The notes under the pieces were generated by a model that was not told the DNA's origin, made no database searches, and saw only the letters and a list, made by a program, of their open reading frames with translations. DNA of 64,000 nt from Haliotis rubra (taxonomy: Eukaryota): the NCBI RefSeq assembly GCF_003918875.1, contig NW_025765891.1, positions 2,728,001-2,792,000 on the forward strand, written 5' to 3'. Below are positions 52,705-64,000 of this stretch, one piece after another. How positions within the stretch are numbered: position 1 is the first letter of the stretch; each line of letters starts with the position of its first letter. Made by a program: the position numbers and the translations under genes.

Positions 52705-55087
52705 AGTGCATGTGTGTGATTAACAGATGGATATGTGTTTAGACATCATCAGAGTTAGTGGGTATGGGAACCAGTGTGTGTGTGTGTATATCTAAGTGTG
52801 TCAGTGATAAATCAGTGACAAACAAAGGGTTTGAAGAAAGGGTTTGAGAAAATATTCAAAGTAAGATGTGCGAAGATTGACAAGTATATTCAGTTGTTTG
52901 ATTTTATCAGCAGTTCCTGAGAACCGTTTTCCACAATTCACAAGCAGAAGAAATGAGTTCACGTCCAGGATATGAGATATATTTTGCAGATGTTATCTTT
53001 AGGGTATGAAGAATTTGTCAACAAAATTTATCAAACTGCGTAATTGTCTGTAAAAAAAACTAAACACCCCTATGGTGACAGCAACCCATCCCATTTGTGT
53101 CCCCTGATTTAGTGCCATGTCAGCAAAGTTGTCAGGAAACTATTTTTCCATGCTTGTGCCTCTCTAAGTCCTATTTTCCTAACCCATGAAAGTCTTTAGG
53201 GATGAAGGCAACAGCCTTTAAGCGAGCATTGTTGTTTGGAGAAGTTTTTCCTCTGCCTTGTAATGTCTTATTTCTCATTTATGACAAAAACATAAGGCAG
53301 ATGCCATCGGAGGGAGGATGGAGGAACTGATGATCTTACAGTGAAATATACATGGGTGTGCACAGGGTACCTGCTTTTGAAGAGAATTATTTTATCAAAA
53401 CATGATTGTTTCATAAGCAGATACAGGGGTCTGGCAGAGTGAGCACGACCTTTATTCTTTTCTTTGAGCAGTCAGAACACTTACACTTTCAGGAACTTTA
53501 TTGGTTTAATTATTAAATTCTAACAACACTATGTCTCAATGATATGTTTTTCAACAAAATTACAAGATTACTAGTCACTAATCATACAATGAAACCTGCT
53601 GTTATAGAAATGTGTATGTGTGTGTTGTCATTTACTGTAGACAAGAGGGTTAAGGGTGGTAGGTTACATTCTCTCAATGTTTGGTCAACAGATAGAAACC
53701 TGAATAGATTCATTCCTTGTTTGTCATCTAACCCAAACCATTGAAATCTGCTGTTTGCACATCATTTTGTGTCTGTCGGTTGTATCCAGCTCACTTTCAA
53801 GGAAATGACCAGATTAATCATATTGCTATATTTTTGAAAGAGAAAACCCAAACCAATTCCTTCCATTTTGCTGTTTAAAAAAAGTAATAATTAGATATTT
53901 GAAAATTAATCTACATCAGCCCTAATGTGTGAGTGTTTTGTTTCGTCTTTTCATTGTGTTTTCCTAAATTCTTGTAGGAAACTAAATTTCTTAATTGATA
54001 ATACTGTGGATCTCAGAATGTCATGTAACCTCATAAATATTTTGAGCATTTTTGATTGAACACTTTCCTCAATATGTCATCGAGTAATCAGTGTGCAACA
54101 AAGGCTTTCTTCAACCAAACATATTTTTCGTAGATAAAATGTTTTTCTTGAACTCTCTTTAGTTTTCTTGTACCCCCGAGGTGTTACCTGTTGCAAATTT
54201 TAGAATAATTCAAATACAAGGCATAATGATTCCAAACTGATGTCACGACACAGTTGCCATTCAGAATACAGATACCCCTATGTATAAAAAATGTGTGCAA
54301 ACTGTTTTCCAGTGTAAAGCCACATTGATGGCAGTATCATTGCAGTAGAACCAGAGCATTGCATGTTAACAAGCACTAAACCAGATGAACATCTTTGCGA
54401 ATATAAAACCGAGTTTTTTTATCAAACAGACAATGAGAAAACCACAGCAAACAATACCGAGAGACTTTATCTGGTGTCTCTATCTGAACAATCTTACTTC
54501 TCGACAGTCAGACTTGGAGCCTGATTGAAATCTTTTAACATTTCTTTTTATTGGTTTTCTTCTTTCACTTTTATGGGTTGTCTTTCCTTGGTTTTATGAC
54601 CTTGATTCTGGTTTACAGAATCTCCATAATGCATTAGACGAGGAGGCATTTTAGGGAATTGTTTATGTCCTCTGTTCCAGACCCCTCCATTATGAGTATT
54701 GCTGAACTACAGTGTTGAAATGTTTATGCTGGAATGTCGAACCATTTTCTCGTTAGAAATCAGTCAAATGTTTCTCTTTCAAGCACGATAAAATTTGCTA
54801 GTTGTGTTAAATTTGCTATTATGGTGTCACCTGTTCAAAATTTCTACAAAATGTCATAAAAGTAATTTAAGAAAATGTAGAAAATGGGACTTCATTTTGG
54901 TACTCCCTGTCACTTGATAGAGAGAGGGTAGCCCAGGGGTTAAAGTGTTCACCCATCATACCAAAAAAGTCCTGATTTGATTCCCAAGAGTTTTTGATAA
55001 CAATTTTGTGTCATTTAATATGATATTTCAATGTAACACATACTCATTCACAAACTCCAACAAATGAGAATAGTTCATGTTCAGGGC

Positions 55088-55135
55088 CATCATCATCATC
55101 GATCGATGTTGTCATTATCATCAGTGTCGTCGTCG

Positions 55136-55169
<34 letters not shown>
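55088..55169. repeat. (CAT)n/(CGT)n microsatellite
   Basis: Visible trinucleotide run. Confidence 0.9.
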
Positions 55170-55199
55170 AATCCACCAGCATGTCTTCCTCATTCTCAA

Positions 55200-55368
55200 G
55201 GGGTGGTGGGGTAGCCTAATGGTCAAAGGGTTGGCTCGTCACGCCAAAGACCTGGGTTCGAATCCCCACATGGGTACAATGTGTGAAGCTCATTTCTGGT
55301 GTCCCCCACCGTGATGCTGCTGGAATATTGCTAAAGCGGCATAAAACCAAACTCAGTCAGTCAGTCAG
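55200..55368 (+). mobile_element. Family B tRNA(Asp)-like SINE (~170 bp)
   Basis: A box TAGCCTAATGG, B box GGTTCGAATCC, anticodon arm resembling tRNA-Asp(GTC). 13-bp TSD TCCTCATTCTCAA. Confidence 0.92.
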
Positions 55369-55453
55369 TCCTCATTCTCAAAGTTTCTTTGCCTTTATTA
55401 CTGTATTAAATTGAAGTGATATTCTTTCTTCCTCATCCTCTTCATTGTTCAGA

Positions 55454-55616
55454 GTGAGTGAGTTTGGTTTTATGCTGCCTTTAGCAATATTCCAGCAATA
55501 TCATGGCAGGGGATACCAGAAAGGGGCTTCACACATTGTGCCCATGTGGGGAATCAAACCCGGGGTCTTCAGCCTGATGAGCAAATGCCTTAACCACTAG
55601 GCTTCCCTACCACCCC
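55454..55616 (-). mobile_element. Family B SINE
   Basis: Homology to 55200-55368. TSD TCATTGTTCAGA. Confidence 0.92.
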
Positions 55617-57068
55617 TCATTGTTCAGAAGTGGTAGCTGGACTCATGTCTGGCTGTTCTGGTGTGAACATTTACTCCAACAGCTCCCACTGACAAGCCCC
55701 CGCATTAGCTCTAGTGATGTTCTATCTTCCAGTAAACTGATCTCATGTTCTGTATGTGTCTTTGAAGTAAATCTGGACTTCATTTGGGATAGTTTTATTT
55801 TTTATAAAATGGATAATCTGAACAAAGTTACATTTTAACACAATTTAAACATTTGATATGAAATAGGATAAAATCAAAATTTTAAATAGGAATAATTATT
55901 TTAAGGTACTTCATAGTTATGAAATTGTGTCCAGTTCTGGAGACAACACATTTTTTGTGAAAAGTATATAATTTTAAGCAGCTACTTATATCATTTTGCC
56001 CTCATAAAAAATGAACATTTTGCAAATTGGCTATATTTCTCACCCGTTGCTTGAAAACAGTTACGAAGTAAATAGGGTACATATTTCAAAGCTTTGGAAA
56101 TAACTGTAGTCAAGACTAAGTAGCCATCTTACAAGGAAAGTTACATTCTCCATCTGCTGGGTTGGAGGGTTTGATGTATGTACAGAGGAACTGTGATGAA
56201 ACAGCCAGCCCTCCTTGGTTTCCTATAGCCAGTCTGAGGGTCTGATGGCTATTCAGTTTCATCAGCTCTACGTCAGTCCTGGAATCGGGCACAGCCATTT
56301 CATTCAATTACGACCCCCATAAACTCATCCCATCCCTACATCCAAGTTTACATTTGCTAACAAGTATGGCATACTTTCGGTGGTAGTTCAGTCTCTATAA
56401 TTCTCCTTGCCAGGAAGGTATTTGTGCCAAATAAAAGTTTCCCTGCCAACTTTGTACAGAAAATCCCTGCGAAATATAAACAAAATCAGTTTGTAGATAA
56501 ACAGTTTACTTCTGGACCCCATCTTTCCTGTTTGTGTTCTCGTTCACAAGCAAAAGAGTTTTATCATCGAGATTTCAAGATGGCCGCCAAATCTGTCTGC
56601 TTACCCACACTTCTCCCACCTGTGAAGTTAGGCCAGCTTGACAGTTTTACACACTATCACAAACATAAAAATCTTCTATCACTTGAGATATTCATGAAAT
56701 GAACGTTATTTTAAACATTAGAATAATTAGCATTGCCATTTTCAGAAATATGGAACAACTACAGCCAGTGGCATTAGGAGGTTTATATCGTATTCTTGGG
56801 AAATAGGTTCCATGATAAAGGTGTCAGTGTTTGTTTTTCATGGCAGGGGAATCCACATGGAATCAGTTGTTTGATACTGTTCTTTTCACCTCTATTTCAG
56901 ATGATGGGAAACACAACAGACAAACACAGTCATCATTATGTTGATAATGCCGGAAGTCTACGGAAATGGTACGATACTCACCACATTATGAAACTGAATT
57001 GAAAATGGTTATAGGCTTAATGCTTTCTCTTCAATGTTATAAACTGTATTATTTCAGTGAAGTAATTG

Positions 57069-57223
57069 GGAGGGGGGTTACCCAGTGGTTGAAGCATTAA
57101 TTTGTCAAGTCTGGGTTTGTTTCCCGCTATGGCTACAATGAAGCTTGCCCCTTGCAAGTGTCACCTTCTTCCTTGATATTGCTAGATTATTGCTTAAAGC
57201 ACCATAAAACCACACTCACTCAC
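57069..57223 (+). mobile_element. Family B SINE, degenerate (a 5'-truncated copy lies at ~57745-57845)
   Basis: Homology. TSD-like TCAGTRAAGTAA. Confidence 0.75.
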
Positions 57224-58772
57224 TCAGTAAAGTAAAATGGAGAAAGTAAACTGTGACCAATGAAAGATCATATTCACCTGCTGGGTTCAATTGTACTCCT
57301 TCAACTTTTTTGTATTACTACATTAGAAAGAAACAGTAACTATACAATTGATTCATATTTCGATATAATCAAATCATGAAGATAAAATATAGATAAAGAT
57401 AAAAATTTATTGTGCAAAAATTCCATACAGAAACAGTGACAATATTCTATAAACTACATAAACAAGATATATAATAAATCACATATATATGATGAGCAAC
57501 AAAACATATAATAATACAAATGTGTATAATAATAATAATGGCCTAGGACAATCAGATCTTCTATTTTTGTTTAAAGTTGTACATGGGGTAGCAAATAATT
57601 TCTATACTATTTGGATCATTATTTCTAAAAAAAGGAAGTTAATCATATAATCCTATTTTGATGAAAATGAGACCTTACACTTATTTTTGAATGGATAAGA
57701 TCAGATAAAATGCAAGTATTTCATGTGTAAATAGTTTTATTCTTGACATGGGTACAATGTGTGAAGTCTATTCCTGGTGTCCTCTGCTGTTGCTGGAATA
57801 TTGCTAAAAGCGGCGTTAAACTAAACTCACTCACTCACTTACTTACGTATAAATACAAACCAATTAAGCAAGCATTAACTGTAATACAAGTAATCCTCAA
57901 AACAAGCTGTTGGCACTTTGCATTTGTTGGAACACTCCATCCCTCACACAAAGCTAACAATGAAACGGAAGTGTCGTAATACTTTCTGTTCTCCCAATCT
58001 CAGTTGGGTTGACGTTTAACGTCATGCTATACCAGTAAAGAAATAATATATATGTAATTAGCTTTGTTAGAATTGTACAGCTGCTTAAAGCCAGGATATG
58101 GACAGATTGGATTGGGTTTTTCATGAAAGTGAGTTAAAATCTTTGTTTACATTAATCCATGAGCTCTTCTGAAAGTATGAACTTATGAATGTATTACATC
58201 TTTAAAATAATGGCCTCATTCATCAAAATAAAGATTTAAAGAACACTGCATAAGATCTTTGCTTGGCAATAAACTATAGACAATTGAAAAAAACATTTGG
58301 ATTACAGTGTATGATCTACTTAAAATAGTGGCCTTATTTGACAGAAACAATATTTTAAAACAGAACTTAAGATGTTTAAAAGAAAATGCTTGTTTAAAAG
58401 ACAAATACCGGTGAGAGGTAAACCACAATAAATAATGTTAAAATAGGTCAGCTCAGATTAAATATTTTCAGTCATGAACACTTGCAGCATTTTTATCAAG
58501 ATTTTGACATTGATCCTGTTAGGGAGGGCCCCCACAATGGGGTGGCCAAAGTTCAAAAGGAAGCACTTTAAACCAATTTATAGCAGTGTAAACACGCCTG
58601 ACATCTCAAGTTGGGAGATATACGGGTCACATTACTAGGGCCACTTGAGCCCCTTGTGGGTGTTGGTGTATGGATAACTGAGGGTTGGCCCTGGTGTTGC
58701 TGTAAGGGCTGGTGTAGGGGCACCTGCTGGATCTCACTAACTCACTCACTCACTCACTCACTCGCAGAGTAA

Positions 58773-58947
58773 TAGACTAATGTTTAGTCTCTGAATATGT
58801 ATAAGTTTGATAGTAACAAACACGCCCATTTAAATTGAAAAGGAGCCCCCGGGGAGACCAGAGATTCAGAACCTGAGGAAATATAGACTTGCTTTATGTA
58901 GGGCTTGGTCGTGGGGAAAATAATGTGGTTTGGGGACTGTGAGACAG
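58773..58947 (+). mobile_element. Family C element with an internal deletion (partial copies also at ~33035-33160 and ~19350-19440)
   Basis: Homology to 42394-42591. Confidence 0.85.
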
Positions 58948-60049
58948 GTGTACAGGAGTAGGTGTACTTGGAGTTGATAGGGTTGACTTGCAACAGTAGC
59001 ATAGGTGTGCATGGAGAAGGTGAGATGAGGACAATAAAGGGTTGACTAGCAACAGGACAGAGAGGATGAGACAATGGAGACAGAGGAGGTTGACAGACTG
59101 CATGTTGATGGAGATGTAGATGAGATAGGCAAATGAAGTTCATTGTTAGCCCCACAAACTGAAAGATTTATTTATTTTGGTAGATGTGAAATAAAGTAAT
59201 GGGTGTACATTGACAGGTGAAGCTCATGTAAATACTGCATAGTAAATCAGATTGTTCTCATATTCTAACATTTATCATTAAAACTAAGCTGCAGCAACAA
59301 AGGAAGATTCAGCTCTATGTCACAGGTATATTTGCTGGGGTAGTGACAGGGATTTTCTCCATGGATGGGCACTTTCTCATTCCCATGGTGGGACAGTGAG
59401 ACCCTGGGGTGTTGAGCGTCCCCTTTGTTTGGGGCTTCATCCAGCCCTTGCAGTCATTAATCTGGGGTCGGAAATACCGCCATTCTAGGTTCGGTCTTGT
59501 AGCAATCCCAGCTGACAATTGTGGAATTTTCTTACCTTGTTCGGTGGGTAAGCTGATCCTATCCTGTGGGGAGAGCTGTTTATCCTAACAATATTGTATC
59601 TTGTAAATAAACACAGGCCGATATGACGTTATATCTATGATCTGGCAGTTAGATAGTTTAGCTCTTGCTGCTTTTGACTTTTTAGCTTTGATCATCTACT
59701 AAGAAAATATTTAGAAAAATAATCGTGACAATTATTTTATTATTTCTTTAATGAGCTTGCTTTCTTTGACAACATGATATTGTAGGAAATGTGGAGATTT
59801 TGGCAGGAAATGACAGGGAATGTATGTTATAAAGAATTCCTGCAGTTTATGGTCCATTATCTTCCTGACAACTGATTCCATCCATGCAATATGTCTAACT
59901 GTGGTGACAACAAATGTTGTGATAACTAATGTTGAAAAAACTCAGTTTTAGTTTATATTTTTAAGCAACGTTGATGATAACGTTACTGATGCAGCAGTGT
60001 CCACTAGTTACCCCTCTGTTCCTGGAGGGACAGATCACATGAGGACCAT

Positions 60050-60265
60050 TAGACTAAGGCTTAGTCTCTGAATATATATAATTCTGATAGTAACAAACAA
60101 GCCCATTTAAATTGAAAAGGAGCCCTAGGGAGACCAGAGATTCAGAACCTGAGGAAATCTAGACTTGCTTTATTTAGGGCTTTAGCACTGCAGAGACAGC
60201 TTGGCAGTAGGGAAAATAATGTGGTTCAGGGACTGTGAGGCAGACTACTGTTTGAGGAAAGACTA
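60050..60265 (+). mobile_element. Family C element with an 18-bp 3' extension
   Basis: TSD GAGGACCAT (60041-60049, 60266-60274). Confidence 0.88.
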
Positions 60266-61669
60266 GAGGACCATGTGCATCTGATGGAACAACTTCCTGG
60301 TTCTCACTGCACAGGGATGGTGGAGTAGCCCAGAGGTTTATGTGTTTGCATGGCCTTGGTTCAGATCCCAACATGGGTAAAATGTTATGAAGTCTCTTCC
60401 CCGTGAAGCTTGAACATTAAAAGCAGCATAAAATTGTGCTTATTCAGTCGGAAGCAGAACCATTTCTAAGTCCTGGTAATGGTCATGAAAGCAGTTTTTT
60501 GGTTAGAAGAAGTCAATTTAGGTGATGAATAAAAGGAAACCTTATGCAGGAAACATTGCAAATGGTTGTTGAGGAAATGTATCAAGGTTATGAGAGGTTG
60601 GTGGCCAGGAGATAGAGAACAGGAATGGCTGAAGACTTCACTTATCTGTCTTTGATTAATTACGATTCACCAGAAGCTAATTTCATTCTTTGCAGGCAGC
60701 TCATTTACTGTTAGAATACTACTAGGACAGGGATTCATGTAGACCTGATGAAAGACCAATATATCCAGCACCATGTCTGCAGGATATATAAGTAAGCTTT
60801 TCCAAACAGGAATTACAAACTTGGTTTAAGTTCTGTAACATTTTTGCTTTGTAGAAGTGACTTTTATTTCACTGACAATTTTTCCCAAATTGCCTTCCAT
60901 AGGCACTTAGTTTGTAATCATGGCTGAAACCCTGCTAAGATAAATAAGTTCTTTAAGTCACACATTTGAATTATGATTCATCTATTCCCACAAATCTGAT
61001 ATTGAGATAAACTACAATTCGCAAAGCGTGTGTCAAATTGATATGTATTTTCTCAAAGAAATAGTTCATTCTCAAATTATGTTTTAAAAATGGAGAAATG
61101 GTTGTTCCTTTGCTAAACAAACTGATCCCTTTAAACCAAATCAGCTGCACTGACAGCTTGTCCGTCTAATCTCTCCTCCACAATAATATAGATATCAGTG
61201 TATATATACAAATCAGAGGTGCTATTCACACCCCACTCAAACTTACATAAGAGTCTTCCAGTTGTCAAGCACATACATAGGTATTTGATAACACTTCCAA
61301 CACTGAGGAGAGCTATTACTGATTAGGAGATTTGACACTTTGGGAGTGTTTATCTATAAGCCCCCACTTATGAGGGATCAAGCCCCCTCCATGTTTTACT
61401 TATGTTAGTATATAGAGATCTCAGGTAGGTTTGATTTGATACGGCATTAGGTCTTAGTAGGTGTTATACATACTTGATAGCATGGCAGGATTAGCAAGAT
61501 GAGAAGAGATTTGGCTTAAAGGGGTTGTTTCAGTTTAGGAAATATTTACCTACTTGATTTACTCAAAGCTTTGTTGAATTAGATCATAGTTTAATGCCAG
61601 GTCTTAATTTAACACCTTGATATTGTACATATGTAATGAAGTAGTGTGATATGTGTAATACTGATTTTT

Positions 61670-61905
61670 GAGTGAGTGAGTGAGTTGAGTTTTACGCCAC
61701 ACTTAGCAATATTCCAGCTACATGGCAGCGGTCTGTAAATAATTGAGTCTGGACCAGACAATCCAGTGATCAACAGCATTAGCCTCAATCTGCGCAATTG
61801 GGAACCGATGACATGTGTCAACCAAGTCAGTGAGCCCATTAGTAGCCTCCTACGACAAGCATGGGTTACTGAAGATCAATATTCTAACATGGACCTTCAT
61901 GGGTG
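61670..61905 (-). mobile_element. Family A retroposon copy
   Basis: Homology to 4138-4383. TSD ACTGATTTTT (61660-61669, 61906-61915). Confidence 0.9.
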
Positions 61906-63721
61906 ACTGATTTTTTAGTAAGTAACAAATTTAACTTTTATCAATTATTACTCCACAAAGAAAGATTATATACAGTCTTATTGTGTGCTTTTTGGAAAAT
62001 TCAGAATTAAAATGTAGACCTCTTTTGATTGAAAATAACTTTTACAATAATGAAAAAACTTATTTTGTTCTTAATTAAAGAGTTTTATCAGGAACAATGA
62101 TAAATGATTTGGGAATAACATTTGTTTTATCCATATTAAATAAAATAGTAGTGTAATCATTATAGTATAATATTTAAGCAAGAACTTTGAAAATCCTCTT
62201 TTGGGAATATATACACTGGTATACAGAATCCAGCTTTCAGTCACTCAGCCTTCATCAGGGGCTCTTGCTGTGTTTAGCTGCGTATTACTGGAGTTGCTGG
62301 TTCAACCATAGCTGTAACTTTAAAAAAAATGATGTCATCATTGTGATGTCACAGCTATTGTGCATTGTGATGTCATGACAAAATGAGGATAAATCTTCTA
62401 AAGAAAAAAGTTCCATTTATTAAGAACAATTGTTTTCATGTCTAAAATGCTATATTATTATCAGGAAAACATGATCATAAACAGGTTGTGAACAATAGAC
62501 CCACATGTTGACTGTTATGTCTGCCGTAATAAACTGAGGAAAATAGGAACAAAGGTTTGTTTGGACCATATTTTATTAATAAAAACACATACAATAAACA
62601 TATAATGAATGTCTTTATCCGGCGTGTTACCATTAACATATCATGTCCTCCCCACAAGTGAAGGGGTCATGCACAGAGGCGTCACGTGAATACATCTCGG
62701 TACATAACACCAGCATTACGCTGACTTGTCAAACACCAAGCAGGGATTATGCAGATTAAGTGACTCACCTGGAATATACAGAAAAATAATAATCCTTGAC
62801 AAGTTGCCATGAGCATATTGTGTTTATGAAAAGTTAATTGAATATTATGTAGGCAGCAGGTGTATCTAGTTTTCATCACAGACCACCTTTTACATCAGGA
62901 GTTTCTCGGAGGAATCAGCTGTGTCCATGTGTTCGCCAACACCTGTACCTTGAGACATTCAGTCCGTCATTGTGAAGGAACATATTTATGATAGTGATAA
63001 AGATTGTCATGTAGCCAATTTATTTATTCTCTGAAGAGACCTGTTTATCAATTATTCTCGGGCCATAGCATGTTCATAAGCCCATTCTATATGTCTATTC
63101 TTTATTACCTATATGATATATCAGGGTGGTGCTCTAATGTTTATGGTTTATTTTGAGTAACTTAAATTGCTTATGTACTTTGTCGGAATAGACATAAATG
63201 TAACAAGAACAGAACTGACTTACTGACTGAAAACACAATTATATTGTGTTTGTAAACTTATATTTTTCAAGTTATTTAGGAAATTAACCATTATGGTCAT
63301 TAGGCAACTAAATGGATGTGATTGGATTTAATTTGTCTTGCTGCTTACCCCATTACTACAACAATTTCCAACATTCATGATTTTGAGCTGTTTTATACAA
63401 AATCCTTACCTATACCTTACCTTTTAAGACACATTGAAGAACAATAGCCGTTTGAATCTTTTAAAGGCTCAACTTTTGTTTCCATGTAAAGTGGTGTCAT
63501 TATATATAGATTTTAAAGCAAAAGATTGTAGACTTGTGAAAAAGTTATGAAACAATTATCAAGAAAACAGAGGCCATGGTTGGTTGTATGTTGTGACAGA
63601 TTGTTACTGTTATATATTACTGTTATTGTTGTAATTGCCATACATGGGGGTTGCTGTTGTCTCAGGGATAGGCAGGGCAGCTGTTTTATGCTTCAAAATT
63701 GTTTCTTGTTGATTTTTGTAG

Positions 63722-63904
63722 GTGTCCTTTCATGTAAAACACACATCAGTATACATCAACTCAACATGTACAAAGTCCTATTTTGTTGCTTACGATGAGA
63801 AATGGTATTCGTCAACTGTATGTAAACTCACAGGGGAAGGAAACGTCACCAAAAGTGTTTTTTTTATCTTTTATCGTACACTGAGTGATTATTCATATCT
63901 GTAG
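63722..63904 (+). pseudogene. Possible CUB-like exon or relic
   Basis: Follows a tttttgtag acceptor: VSFHVKHTSVYINSTCTKSYFVAYDEKWYSSTVCKLTG, loosely like the CUB core C..DY...YDG. Confidence 0.25.
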
Positions 63905-64000
63905 TTCACACTTTCATCATTTAGAATGTTGTAAATCCATTAATTTTCCAAATATGATTATCAAATTTACAAAATATGAGTTTGTTGTTTTGTGACATGT

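Noticed and set aside
55200-55270. tRNA gene
   Set aside because: No acceptor stem. It continues into a SINE body and tail and has a TSD.
56901-56968. Exon-like segment after a strong tttcag acceptor
   Set aside because: No recognisable protein similarity and a weak donor.

Overview
AT-rich, CpG-depleted, repeat-dense animal genomic DNA. It is probably a mollusc such as abalone, judged only from the SINE types with (GAGT)n tails. There are two assembly gaps (11097-11290, 13697-14534). The one clearly intact gene is the 5' part of a cytosolic purine 5'-nucleotidase (NT5C2/cN-II) on the minus strand. It has three in-phase coding exons (23199-23111, 19813-19740, 4102-3985) and continues beyond position 1. 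A CpG-rich promoter-like island lies at about 30.3-31.2 kb. On the plus strand directly after it I read a decayed, intron-containing SH3-plus-protein-kinase gene relic (about 31.05-36.2 kb), followed by weaker CUB-like pseudo-exons. The rest is mobile and tandem DNA: a tRNA(Asp)-like SINE; a non-tRNA retroposon with a pseudoknot-like 5' head; a ~190-bp DNA element with 9-bp TSDs; DNA elements/MITEs with 5-, 7- and 8-bp TSDs; a LINE 3' fragment; and eight minisatellites. The largest minisatellite (38-bp unit, 2.8 kb) appears to be built from the head of the non-tRNA retroposon. I found no CRISPR, rRNA or true tRNA genes. All protein and RNA-structure calls were made by eye, without database searches.
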